Source: Callorhinchus milii (taxonomy: Eukaryota). From it: a stretch of 64,000 bases of DNA. The notes under the pieces were generated by a model, which searched no databases, was not told where the DNA came from, and worked only from the letters and a program-made list of their open reading frames with translations. The DNA lies in the NCBI RefSeq assembly GCF_018977255.1, contig NW_024704742.1:59522001-59586000 (forward strand), written 5' to 3'. Of the stretch, positions 26,106 to 39,444 are shown one piece after another. The first letter of the stretch is position 1, and every line of letters begins with the position of its first letter. The translations under genes and the position numbers were made by a program.

Positions 26106-27824
26106 TAAACAATAATGGTGATTAAAAACTGAACTTGGGTATATGGGTGTTGAGAAACATTGTCACATTTTGTACAAAAGCACGGGACAGTCGAGAGTTT
26201 GCACCCGAGCTGGGGGTTGGATTCAGGATAGGTTGGAGCCAAGGGAGGGTGGGGTTGGGATGCGGATATGATGAATTGGTGAGGTGAAGAGATTGTGGGA
26301 TAGAGCTCCAGGAAATGGGGACTGAAAGGCTGAAAGCCCAATCACCAACAACAACAATTTTTGCCCTTCACACAGAACACATTTGTTCCAGATTAAACTC
26401 TGCTTAAATGCATTGATAAATTTCATCACCATTTCAAAGAGTAATGCACTTTTTGCCCCATAGTGGAATCTTTTTATTTCACCAACTTCAATTGTAAACC
26501 GGACAATGGGGGAGGGGAGAGTGGGATAAAAATCTCCTCAATATGAAAGATAACTAACTTTCCACTATAAAAGGAAACAGGTCATTGCTGAAAAATGACA
26601 TTCATCTTCCTAGAACTAATGCTGGTAATACAAGGGAGGGCATGGGATTAGGCTAAAATGTAGATCACTGTCTCTGTCTGAGTGACTTTGCTGTCGGTAT
26701 TTTTTTTCTAACAGTACGAAAATTTATGTGACAAATTTCAAGCTGATTTACAATTGGAAAGATGGTAATACAGTTTTTGAAGTTGAAGGCTGGCTACATT
26801 TAACTTCTATACTTCTGATTCATGTTAGGTCCAAGCTGCTGATGATTAGCCATTTCATTTTGTGTAATAGCATTAGTTTAACCCTGAGTCAATTCAGTCA
26901 AGCAGATTTGCAGATTTCCAGGAACACCATGTGAAAAAAAAACACAATGACATTTTTCCAGATGTTATTGCTTGTTTTTCTAAGATTTTGAATGCAATTA
27001 AATTTTAAATGTCCATTCAAAAAAGGAAAATGTGGAGTTTACAAATCTAAAGTGGCATCACTAACATTCCTATTTGTGTGTTAAATTGTGGGATTGTTTC
27101 TAAATGATCTGAAAAAAATTGAAAATTACAATCGTGAAGGTTGCCAAAGCCCTTTTACAGGCAATATTTTCTTTCCAGTTTTTTTTCTTAGGTTTTAGAA
27201 CACTGTACAGGGCAGGGTTGGATGCTAAGCAATTGAGAAGGGGAAAGGGAGGTTACCATGGGCTCAGTCGAAGAGGTAAGTCTTAAAGATGGATTTAAAA
27301 ATAGCTAAATAGGACAGATGAGGTGGAGAGATTGAGGCAGGGAGTTGCAGAGGTTAGGGGCATAGTGGCTGACAGAATGACCACACATAATGGCATGGAG
27401 GGGTTGATGGATAAGCAGGAGGCCTGCATTAGTTGAGTGAAGATGACAGATGGGAAATAAAGGACCTTGTATTTATGACCATTTTTTTTCTTCTATCTGC
27501 TTCCATCTCCTCGAATCCTGAATACATTTGGCTTCACTGTCTTCCTTCACTGCAGTAACATTCCATGGGGTTCCTCTAGTGTCATTCCGTAGAAGTTAGT
27601 TATTCATCTGTAAACCTTAACAGTGAATGTTGGCATGCTATTCAGACATGGGAAGCATTACAGTCAAACCCTATACTGTCCTCACTTGTCATCTCTGTGT
27701 GCCTCTGGCAGGTTTTTCTGGCAGGAATTTGGAGCAAGAAACTTTGGCTGATGTTTCCCACCATATTCCCTGCCTTCACTCACTAGGCAATTGGAGGAGA
27801 TATAAAGGACTGTTCTTAGTCCTT

Positions 27825-28085
27825 CAATTCCAGGCAGGGCGAAACCTTGGGCAAGTTTCCTTACTCCACAAACCTAATAATAATCCCTCCAAAACAAAAC
27901 AATAATAAATTGGTCATTTTCAATCCACACCGTTTGTGGGACACTGCTGTGCACAATTGGCTGTCGCGTTTCGCCCTCAAATATACGGTCAATTCACTTT
28001 ACAGCATATTCTGTGAAGCGCTTTGAGATGATGAGAAGACGTGAAAAGCGCTATATCAAATGCAAGGATTATTATTATTATTATT
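27825..28085 (+). mobile_element. tRNA-headed SINE, 5'-truncated
   Basis: caattccaggcagggcgaaaccttgggcaagtttccttactccac...gaaaagcgctatatcaaatgcaaggatt(att)n. Confidence 0.9.
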
Positions 28086-28481
28086 GCTGCCTATTATACA
28101 ATGTATGCCTCATTGTAGCTTGTCCTGACCAAGAATGCCAGAAATAAAATTCTTCATTCATTTAATTGCTATTTGTGAGATGTTGTTGTGCGCAAATTGT
28201 CTGCTGCATTTCCCCCCCAAGGTACATAGTCATTCCACATTATTTATATCTTCTGAAGAACTTTGAGACCACCTAGGACATGAAAGATGCTCTGGGACGC
28301 TATTTAAATCCAAGTTGTTGTTGTTGTATCGAATGTAAGGATTGTTAATATTTCTAAAAGTGATATCATTTGATGGAGAAACTGGGCTTCTGTGTGCCTT
28401 AAAGACCTATTTGTTGTGTTATATCTGCCCCGGTGTCAATGTGTACTAAAAATGTCTTTGACTTGTATTGCCTCAAACACA

Positions 28482-29167
28482 AGTAAGATTTAAATAAAAT
28501 CTCAAATTATATTTCGATGTTTATATATTTGAGACATATGATGAATCTTATATGATGGGAGTTGGTTGTGACTACTTCCCAGAAGAAACAAAAGACTATT
28601 TATAAACAACACACTGTTTTCAGTCCTTATCAGTCGTTTTCTCATGGAAAAATGGTCTGCAGCTGGAGAGAGAACTGTGTTGTATTTTTTTTCCACAAAG
28701 TAACTATCTTGCAAAAGACAATAGGTGAAAGTCACCTCATGAGCTGTATAAACAGAGATCGATTCGGAAGAGAATCTGAAGAAAGAATTGAAGGAGAGGA
28801 ATCAAATTGGACGTGCCATTAATAGAATTGAACATATAATCATACCTGGATACTTTGGGGTGATCGAAATGAGAAACGTACAAGAATACTTGGATATCTT
28901 TGGATGGACACATATATTTGGATTAAATAGGACTCATTAAAATGGGCATTAAATTGGCCAATGCTCCTCTATCTTTTCCGCATTATTTGGTTAGGTCAAC
29001 TTAAATCGTTGTGAACTATGCATCGATACGTAAGAATTATTGTGATGAATTCTTTCAATTACTTATAACTATTATTAATCTGAATTAATAAACATCTTTG
29101 TTTTTGTACACCATTTGTATCAGTCCTTACTTCACCGCAGAATCACAAATTTAAATTAACCCTTACA
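28482..29167 (+). mobile_element. Probable solo LTR (686 bp)
   Basis: Ends agtaag...cttaca (TG..CA with first base mutated), flanked by CACA at 28478-28481 and 29168-29171; internal TATA-like (gtataaac ~28746) and AATAAA (~29086) followed by a T/GT-rich tract. Confidence 0.55.
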
Positions 29168-29439
29168 CACAGAAGAGACAATCATGAGAAAAATGTAAAA
29201 GTTCGGTTGAGCAAATAGAGACTGAACTTTTCTTTGATTTGTCTACATGGCCACTGCAAGATTTTGTTTTCGGAACTGCAGCTGGTGCTTATCCTGGTTG
29301 TCTCAGTAGCAGATGTTTGACAAACTCAAATACTGACACCAAGATACCCCCTACACAGATTTCTCCAGCAGGTTGCGTGAAAACTAGGTATATGCACTGG
29401 TGGAGGCACCCTAAACAGATGCTCAGGATCCTAACATCA

Positions 29440-29596
29440 CATGTTCCAGAAGGAGAGAATACACATACCATTCCCAGGGAAATTTGCATGTGTAGGTAGC
29501 ATACATATGTGGAGCTCTCACTCTGTTTTAGATACTCTGAAGCACAGTGACAGGTTTTCCTCATGTCAGACACCCGGCTATCCGACAAAAAAAAAA
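29440..29596 (+). mobile_element. Unclassified SINE-like family, 3' end with A tail
   Basis: gttttagatactctgaagcacagtgacaggttttcctcatgtcagacacccggct...aaaaaaaaaa. Confidence 0.65.
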
Positions 29597-30284
29597 TGTG
29601 ACATACTGATTTAATCGTGTAATCTGGCTATTAAAATCAGCTAGACTGATACCAAAATTAATTCAGGCTTGACTAGATTCAGGCTGTTGACAGCCTGAAT
29701 TGCACCATTCAATTGCTTCAATCCATTTCAATTTCCGTCCTCGGAAATTTCCTCAAAATTGATTGGAGAGGCATCTGCCTGGACTACTTTGAATCAAACA
29801 CTTGCTGGTGCTTCCTATTAAGTCACCATATTGGCAGCAAACCTTGTGCATCTCTTGTCAAGTGCATCAGCCCACCTGATAAGATAGCATTCCGCTTCCT
29901 CTACCTGGTCCCCTACAATATACTTAACTTATAAATCAATCTTAGGCTAGATTTCAGGTATACCTTGAAAGAACTGCTCATTGATGATCTAATTTGAGAG
30001 ATTCACTAATAGGATTTCTTCATGTGAAATACAAGTCTGATAAAAGGTGATCACTTTCTAGTAACCCGAAGTATGTCATGCATGGGAACTCCTTTCTAAA
30101 GCAATTTACTTCCAGAATAGATTTCCTGCAGGAATTCCAACAGCATCACTGTTATCATATCAAAATTTAGATGAATAATAATCATTATAATCCTTGCATT
30201 AGATATGGCGCCTTATCAGGTCATTGAGACTCTCAAAGCGCTTGTGGGCAAAACACACAGTCACTATATTTTACAGTATAAAGA

Positions 30285-30660
30285 TGAAGAAGGTCCGTCA
30301 GCTCCTTTAATCCTATTTTACCAGAATACTTACCTAAACGTCCTCCCATCACAAGAAGCAGTTTCTTGAATGATTCCAGTGCCCTGATCTCAACAACGTT
30401 CCTGGTAACCCTTTGTAACCTTGTTTGTAAATAAATATTTTCAGGACGTAAAATTATCTTTCACAAACCTGAACCTGCATCCTTTTGTTCTGGTGACCTG
30501 ACAAATCTTAAATTATTATTATTGGTTTACTTTCTCAATGCCATTTACATATACCTACAAAGCCCCTAACCCTGAGCCACCTCCTTTCAAGTCTAAAAAG
30601 CCTTACCTTATCCACAAAATCCTTTTATGAAATATCACAAATTAGACCCTTTGTCAGATG
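30285..30660 (-). mobile_element. Old CR1 3' fragment
   Basis: Reverse-strand counterpart of 12295-12760 motifs (ttcttgaatgattccagtg, aacctgcatccttttgttctgg, cctcctttcaagtctaaaaagcc). Confidence 0.6.
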
Positions 30661-32014
30661 GAGGAGCATGATTGCTCACAGGAAAAAGAGAGGTTCTGAT
30701 GAAGAAGACTTTAAACCTATTCTTTGAGAATACTAACCTGATTCTATTCCCATTACACATCAACTTGTATAATTCCAGTTGCAGACCTCAACCATCCTTC
30801 TGGAAACTCATTTCAAGTAATTCCCTTCAGTGCAAGATAATACGTCCTGATGTTTCTTTTAAACATGCCTGCATTAATTTGACCCTGGAAACTATTGTCT
30901 TGGTAGGTTTACAATATATGGTATGTTCCAGGCATTTCTCTATCTCTCCAAATTGCTCACACCCCACTCCTCTATTCACCCCTTCATTCAGTTGTCTCAG
31001 GTCTTCTGTATGTTCCTCGATCCCTCTTACCATCATCAGCAGCCATGCTTTCAGACTTACACTTGATCATCGGGAACTCCCTGCTTCAATCCTTTCGCTT
31101 TGCTCCCACTATGGTCAACTTCAGATGAAGACTTTCCTCTTCAACCATGCCTACTGTCATCTCCCCTTTTCCCCCAGTATTCACAACTAATGACCAGGTA
31201 AAAATAGATTCTAGGACAGCACTCCTTTAACCTCACTGAACCATGATTAAAAACAAATTCACTTCAGTTCAGCTTGAGAAGCGGAGCAGACTGAGTTAAT
31301 AAGTCTGTCTATCAAACCTGCACCTACAGTACAATGTAACAAGGTAACAACTTGAAACGGTCCTCTCCATTTGCAAGTGACAAATGGTTGAACTCTGCTC
31401 TATACAGTGAACTGCTTTAGCTGAATGACCGTTCACACCACCCCACCTCTCTATCAGTTTGTCTTTTAATCCGCTGCATATAAAGTTTATCTTTCCGAGA
31501 CTCTCTGCTATCTGCTGTCGGTTCAAGACTTTCTGACTGAAAGTGATGTCATGATGATGGATTGACATACACCTGTGTCAGTGAGGATGTGATAAACACA
31601 GAGGACAATAAATACTGCTGCACTTCACTTTTGAGTAGGAGCATGTCTCAGAGAGAAGATGATGTGTATCTGGAACAGCATGAAGCAATGCAACACTGCT
31701 TGAACCTATTCAACTTAAATCTCAAAAGGAGGAAATGACTTTTTTGAGTTTTATAGTGCCTTTGATTTGATTTGATTCATCCCAAAGTATCTGGATAGTT
31801 TTATGCTCTGAAACCATACCTATGGGTTTGAAACTGCTGGTGCTTACATGCATTAATCAGTCAGAATTAATGGTGAGAGCTAGGAGTTTCATTAAGCACA
31901 GTTTTCATTTATTGTTTTGCTCCAACTATCGAAGAATTGTAAAGGGTATTCCGGGGGTTTGGGGGGTGCATCAGTTCATAACTGTTCTTTATGGATTATT
32001 ACTCCTGGAAAGTC

Positions 32015-32168
32015 ATTCACCAATCAATTAACAACTGGGTTCCTACTTATTGCTAGAAAAACAAAGGCGTGTGGAGTAAGGAAACTTGCCTAACGTTTCG
32101 CTCTGCCTGGAATCGAACCCGGCTTCTCGATTACTTGGTGAATGCTCTAACCAATACGCTACAGAATC
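32015..32168 (-). mobile_element. tRNA-headed SINE 5' half
   Basis: ggcgtgtggagtaaggaaacttgcctaacgtttcgctctgcctggaatcgaaccc...tgctctaaccaatacgctacag. Confidence 0.85.
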
Positions 32169-34114
32169 CACAAATCACCTTGAAGACAAAGTAACCATGA
32201 GCAAGGTTCAAGCACGATTTATGTTGTGCTTGACTCTGATTTCTGGAACACATTTTGTGACAAGTCTCGGGTAACGTCATTATGATTTGTTGCAAAATGT
32301 GCAGCATGAATGCAAAATGCTCAGATTTGTCACAACCCTTGCCTGTGTTTGATGGATTGAAGAGCCAAGCTCTCAATAAAAAGCAGGACAGTTGTAAAGG
32401 CAATGAAGCCTAGTGTCTCTGTTGACTATGGATAAGCTATCCTGTACATGGAGTGTGCCCATCTATTTTCTTTCTCAAGGAAATTTTCTGTATAAATACT
32501 CCCTGATCTCCTAAAGTGATTAAGTAGGACTATATAATAATCATCTATATCCACACAGCCGCTAATCTGCTGGCCCGCTACATCACTCTTACCTCAGTCT
32601 GTCTCACTTTTATCCCTAGCCCTGTAATACCATATTCAAACATATATTCTTAGTATCTCATAGAAAACGAAAAAAAGAACAATTTTATATTACATGTTTA
32701 GATGTGTACTTGGGTTTGAAATCACACTGACAGGGTTAGGAGGAAGCAGACTTCTATTCTACAGCTTATTTTGTTCGCTGCTTCTATAGATATAAGGCTA
32801 CAGGAATATAGGAAAACAATGAACAACTGTGGTCTGAATAGCCTCCTACTTTTCTTCTGTTCCTACATTTGACAGAGATCACCACAGTAGAATGGAAACC
32901 TTTTCTCCCTCAGCTTTCATGCTTTCACAAAAAAGGCCAGCCAGTAATAACAAATAGTCAACAAGAGTGAGAACCCTGAGTGATAATTATTTTCTGTTCA
33001 CCTGAAGGTTTGGATGCTCAGACAAATTGTAGTACCATGTCCCTCCCTGGTACAGATCAACTAACAACAACGATTGAGGATTAACTGGGACTTTGATAGC
33101 TTAGTCCAATATCAAATGGCCCATTTACTTAATTAAAATACTCGAGGCTGAAATCAAGCATCTTAATAACCTTGTTATTGGGAACACAGAAATGCACAAG
33201 ACCAGAAATGATCATTGTCATCCATTTGGTTGATTCCAAAGTAAAAAAACGTATTGTACAGAAATTTCTCAACAAAAATAAGATAGCCATAGCCAGAAAG
33301 CAAGAATCTCATTACCATATAGCTCAACTCAATCTTCACATAACTATTTACTCACCACTTTCACACATGCTGCACATTAATTTGATATTTGGATTCAGAA
33401 AATGGACTGAATAAATTCAAGGCAGAAAAAAATGTAATCAAAATATTTTGCAGTCACTTTCAGGGACATGACAAATACCGTGGCTTCTGAAGACAGATTA
33501 TATACATGGATTAAAGGCCCACAGAAAACCCTTATTGATCTGCAATTGCATTCCACAAAATCTAGCAATAACCTGTTTATGATGAATTTGTACACAAGTA
33601 CTGAAAGAGGGATTAAGTTACAGCCTGAAGACAGTCACTATAAAAATAATGTGATCAGATTGCGCACCTTTTAAAAAAATTATAGAATTGTATTACTTAG
33701 TTTATGGCTTTCATTTAACACCAGACTTTGAGAATAAATGTAATGGTAATCCATCTTCAGGACTTAGAGTTAAGAACCACATAACATGATTGAAAGGCAG
33801 AAAACACAAAGCAAATGTCCAGAACTTTGAGTTAAAATAAAATGGTATTTACAAAAACAACAAAAACAGGTTACTGCAGTAAAATATTAAAGTTTAACCT
33901 AGCTGCGAGAGTGAGCTATTACTGTACTCATTTCAGGAGAATGATAATCCTTACATTTGGTATAATGCCTTTTACAGCAGAAGGATGCAGGAAAACACTT
34001 CACATGATATACTTTAATGTGCAGTGACTGTGTTTTATGGCAAATGATGTGAAGTATCTATCCATATGAAGGTTCAGTATTGGTAAGTTTACAAATCAGT
34101 CTGCTTATTTTATA

Positions 34115-34433
34115 TATACCCTCCAAACCGCCCCACCACGCTTCACGTCCCTCGCCTCATCCGCCCCACCATTGGCGGGCCTTCAGTCACTCTGCCCCTA
34201 CCCTCTGGAACTCCATCCTACATCTCTCTGCCTCGCCCCCTCCCTTGCCTCCTTGAAGACTCATCTCAAGATCCTCCTCTTTGACCATGCTTTTGATCTC
34301 CCTGCTTCCCTCCCTGCCCTCCACTCCCCCCAATCCCGACCTCCAGCTTGGGGCCAAAGCACTGACTGTCCCGCATCTTGGGATGCCTTCCCGATGTGAA
34401 AGGCGCTATACAAATGTAATTTTTGTTGTTGTT
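34115..34433 (+). mobile_element. L2 3' fragment
   Basis: SLKTHLKILLFDHAF motif and tail gggatgccttcccgatgtgaaaggcgctatacaaatgtaat(ttg)n. Confidence 0.88.
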
Positions 34434-34762
34434 AGGTCCATGGTCTTTACAAATGACCTCTATGGCCATACCACTCAATAGAGCAGAACCATTCTGCAGA
34501 TCGAGACAGGAAATTCTATAAAAATATTGGGAGGGTTTGGATTCAAAAGGGTATGATTATCTAAATATAATAACCATCATTGGTCATCTGTTTTACCCCA
34601 TTGTGATGTGCTCCAAGATGTTATCCTCTCCAATATAAAGACAATTTACTGTTGTTGTCATTGACTTGTTCTTCTTAATAATTATCTCATCCTGTACTTG
34701 TGTTGCCTACTGTCTGATTCTCTCTACATCTGCCTGCTATGGTTCACCAACAAACAATTTTG

Positions 34763-35345
34763 TTTTGGTCAGCCGGGTGTCTGACACATGCGTAAACCCA
34801 TCACCATGCTTAAGAGTATCCAAACCAAGCTCAGAATTCTACGCATCCCACCTCACATGGATATCCCAGAGATAGATTGTTGGAATTGAATGCACACTCT
34901 CCCTGGAGGGACACATCCTGCTTTCCTTATTCCGGAAGGTATAAGGTGCAGGTTGGCAAGGGCCTAAACTTGGGGATTTCAGAGTTTGTGTTGGGGTATT
35001 GGTGGTGTCAAACCATCTAAAACTGCATACCTTGCCATTGATATTGCTGTCTGGCAAACTTTTCCGTTGCTTGTCAGACCACCCTACCTGTTAGGGCTTT
35101 GGTTTGCAGGGTTAGCAGTAGCTGAATGGGGTGACTCCCTGCCCACATAGACTGGTCGACCCTTCCAGGTGCTGCTGATGGACCCGGCTGGCTGTGCTGC
35201 CACCAGTAGTGCCCTGGAATATTATGGACCGGCCAGCCTCAGGTACCAGACCAATGAGACGACCACCGGGGGCTGGCTTGTTTCCGACATACCTTTGCCA
35301 AGCATGCCGCTTTGGAGGCAGTTCAGCTTCAAGGAGACACCTCTT
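34763..35345 (-). mobile_element. Unclassified ~560-bp SINE-like family, best-preserved copy
   Basis: ttttggtcagccgggtgtctgacacatgcg...cagttcagcttcaaggagac; colinear with the 9385 and 37309 copies; retains many CpGs. Confidence 0.82.
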
Positions 35346-37308
35346 ATCTCCACCGCCCCCACCCCATCCCCCCATCCTCACCCCACCACCAAGAAGGATA
35401 GTTGCTGGTTCACCAACAAGCATGTTTAAAGCCGTCAACTGTAAAATAGTGGGTTACAACGCCCTTTGAAATTTGAAACAAGTTCAGACCAACAGGCAAA
35501 GTTTTTTTTCCATCTGCTGCATCATCATGAATATAAATAAAATAAATGGTGACACACTGTTTTATATTCTCTCCCAGCTTTGTAATAAAGTGATAGGTCA
35601 CCATCTGTGTTGCATCAAATCTTCACCAATGCTCTCTGCTGACTCCTGGTGCACTCTATGGTGATCTATCTGCACTGTATTAGCAGAATGGATTTGCGTT
35701 GGAAATGCTGGCAAATCTGTCAAATTATTGGTCTTTTTTTAATTGAATCATTATGGGATATATGAAATACTCAGTACTTAGCCTATGCTAATGCTTGTAT
35801 TTATACCAGTTGGTATCATTTCAACTTTACTATATATTTATTTCTATTTAGGAAGTTAATAATTAAAAGTTTTAGACAATACAAGCTGAAAATATGTAAA
35901 TAATGTACAATGATATAATTCATATGATGTGTCAAATATTCTGATTTTTTAATGTAGATTATTTTTTATAAACCATAATAATCCTTGCATTTGATGTTGT
36001 ACCTTTTATGTCAGAAAGACATCTCAAAGCAGTTCACAGAAAACCATTTGGCTCACTGAGTTTAAACTAGCGTTAGCTTTCTTTTGGAGCTAACTAGTTT
36101 AATCACAATTCCTTGCTCTCTCATCATATTCTTTTACACTTTAATATTTATCCAATTGAATGTTAGCAACCTTTCAAATGTGATTAATTATCACATCAAA
36201 CATCAAACATAATAATAATAAACCTTGCATTTGATATAGTGCTTTTCACGTCTTCTGGATGTCTCAAAGCGCTTCACAACATATTATGAAAAGGCACAAA
36301 TTTCACTCCATGGTCTCAATACTCAATGGTCTTAACTTTTCAATAGGGCAAAACCACACAACAGATCGAGACAGAAGTTTCTGTAAAATTCTGTAAAATG
36401 TAAGTCTCAATAATAAATTTAAGTAAAATATAAATAAGTGAATAATCCTTACATTTGAATAGAGCACCCTTCATGTCAGGAGAACCTCTCAAATCACTTC
36501 ACAGGATATAATGCTAGGGTAGTGACTGTGTATTTTGCTGCCAGCCAGCCTGTGTCCACACAGTTGCCTGCTTTGTTTTTATTAAACAAACCCAGAGACA
36601 GAGTCCTGGAAAAATGTTTGTGTATTGATATAATCTTCATGTTTCTAAAAATCAGACACAGATTGTGATAACTGAGTTGCCAGCATTGATCTAATCCAAG
36701 AAAATACAAACATAACAAAGTTTTTCCAATATATGCCAGAAAATATTGTTTTGTTACATACCGAGCCTTTCCATTATAAAATGAAATTACTTTCTGTTAT
36801 TTGGAGAGGTTGGGTCAGCATTGCTGATTTGTCAACTATATTTTTGGTTGGTTTGTCATTTCTTGCTTGCAAACAGAAATCTTCACTTGGTGGATTGAAG
36901 TGCATTATTGCTTATATGAGCATCTTTAGTAACACTATAGAGATGTCAGTGCCAGATCTTGTGATACGTTTTCTTCATTGAACATTATTTGAAATGGTCT
37001 TAATATCAAGTTTTGTGTAAGTGTATTTTTGCTCTCTCGTGATGCTCAAGACAATACATTGTGTAGTCATAGGAGATAAAACCTGACAATTGTCAAGAGC
37101 TTTGAGACATCCTCTCAACTTGAAATATGCTACAAAAATGTAAATTATATTATATCAAATTATTGCATTTGATTTCACTGCAATTATACTTTATATGCAC
37201 TCTTGTTGTTGAAAACAAAATGTGCTTTCAAGTGAAATATTAATCATGACTTGTTGGCTTATTGTTTAAACTACTGCTTTAAAATAATGACAATTGAAAT
37301 CACATTAA

Positions 37309-37862
37309 TTTTTGGTCAGCTGAGTGACTGACGTGTGGAAACCCTTTGCCATGCTTAACAGTATACAAATTGGGTCTGAGAACTCCACATTTACACATAA
37401 ACATTTTCTTCAGTCTGGTAAACAATACACACTCTTTTCCCAAAGGCACGCACCCTGCTTATCTAATTCCTGAACATATTGAGCATAGGTTCGCTAGAGC
37501 CAAGGTTTAGAGACCACAGAGTGGGCATTGGGGTACCACTAGGGTTTAACCAACTGAAGTTACGCACCTTCCTCTTGCCATCGTTGATTGGTGTGCATTT
37601 TTAATCACCCTACTTTTCAGAGCTTTTCTTGCAGAATTAACAGAAGCTGAGTGGGAATAATCCCTGCACTCTATTGACATTTTTGCCTCTTCAAGTCCTG
37701 CTGATGAAACGGCCTGTCATCATCAATGTCTTGGAGTGCAATTTGTTCAGGAACCGGATTACTGAGACTGGCACTGAGGGGGTGGCTTTCTTCTGACGTT
37801 CTTTTGACAAACATGCCATCTTGGAGCCAGCTCAGCTTCAAGGAGATCCAAGTTAACATTCC
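37309..37862 (-). mobile_element. Unclassified ~560-bp SINE-like family, full length, diverged
   Basis: ttttggtcagctgagtgactgacgtgtggaaaccc...ggagccagctcagcttcaaggagatcc. Confidence 0.75.
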
Positions 37863-39444
37863 TCTAAGAAAGATAGTTACTGGTTGGCCATTCAACAATC
37901 ACTGAAATGTGCTTGTCTGGAGAAAAATTCCATCTAGGATTAGTTTCACGATGATAATAATAATCCTTGAATTGGATATGGCACGTTTCAATTTGGGAAA
38001 TCGTTTTAAAGCAGTTCGCATAACATACTGCAAAGTATTGTATAGGCAAACTATATATGTAGCACATCAGAGTATCCATAATTTGGCAAATTGTTGAATT
38101 GAATCTTAACTTTGAAGCCAATATTCTGTAGATTTTTAAGAAAGTTACAGAAATCATCTTCAAAATGTAGCATTTAATAATTTGTCAAAATCTGGATGTT
38201 CTGAAATAATATACATCAATAGACAAATTTATACCTAGGTGTAATTACTCCCTTGTCAATGTTCTCTGTGGTAAACTTAATGGAAAATAAGTATTCTGCA
38301 TTGCAATATGAATATTACAATAAACGTTTTTGAAATTTTGGCTCATACAAAATGCAAATGTTCTGATTCCAATATTTGAAACCAACACTGAAAGAAGTCT
38401 GCAGTTTTCTCTCAGTGGAATCAATTACTAACCGTATTACCATCTATTGACCAGTGCAATCTATTATTATGGCAAGCTGTACATATGATACATATCTTAT
38501 TATATCAAAACAAGTGCAGTACGATATTGTGCAAGAACAATAGATGGTCGTGGAATGGAGTCCTCTTGGTCTTTGAGTTTTTGATACCAGCATCAAGCTC
38601 ATTTGTGACCTCACAAACATTCATTTTCTAAATGTAAATTCATCTAGCATTGCATAAAGAAATTATGTATAAAGATTTTGATGACGGGCAGTAATAAATA
38701 AGACATTAATGAATGGAGGTGTTCTGACAACATCACAACAACAAACTGTTTTCATTCTGTGTATTTTAAGCACAAACCAAGGATCTGAATATTAATATTA
38801 TTAATAATAATTATCCTTGCATTTGTCATAACACTTATAATGGCATATATCTCAAAGTACTTCACAAGAAATGGCTAAAAAAAATTAGTGACTCATTGTT
38901 TGTAGTTGAACAAAACAGCAATGTCCTGCAAACATCAATGAAGTGAATGATCAAATTATTTGGAGGATCATTGGCCAGGAGACAGGGAGAAATTCCCATC
39001 TTGTTCGGCAGATCAAGGCAGTCAATCTCTGGCAAGCGGGTTATTATTAACCTTTTCCAAGCATCAGACAAAGCCTTCACTCAGCCACTCTGTAGCTTCA
39101 ATGTCAGTTATTTTATTTCAGCTAGGGAGGAGGAAGTCTCTTTGACAAGGAAAATCATTCTCTTGAAATTGATGTGAGTGGGAAGCTTACTCCTGAACAT
39201 GCCATTAAGGATGGGTTTTGACTCAATTGTCTATAGAAATTATAATTATAATGTCAAATACCACAAATTACATTCTCTTTACACACTCCCTCCATGTTTC
39301 TATGCTCTGATAAAAAAAATGCATTGTGGTTTAACCATATCTAGGGATAAAATGCATGCTCACCTGCCTCACCTGCAAAAAAAATCATAGGATAATTGTT
39401 TTGAATTATTTTAGTTAAGCTGTTGTACATACCTATTACATATT

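Noticed and set aside
39126..39173. Plus-strand 48-nt exon candidate (GGGSLFDKENHSLEID)
   Set aside because: No recognised protein and no supporting neighbouring exons; such site pairs are expected by chance in 64 kb.
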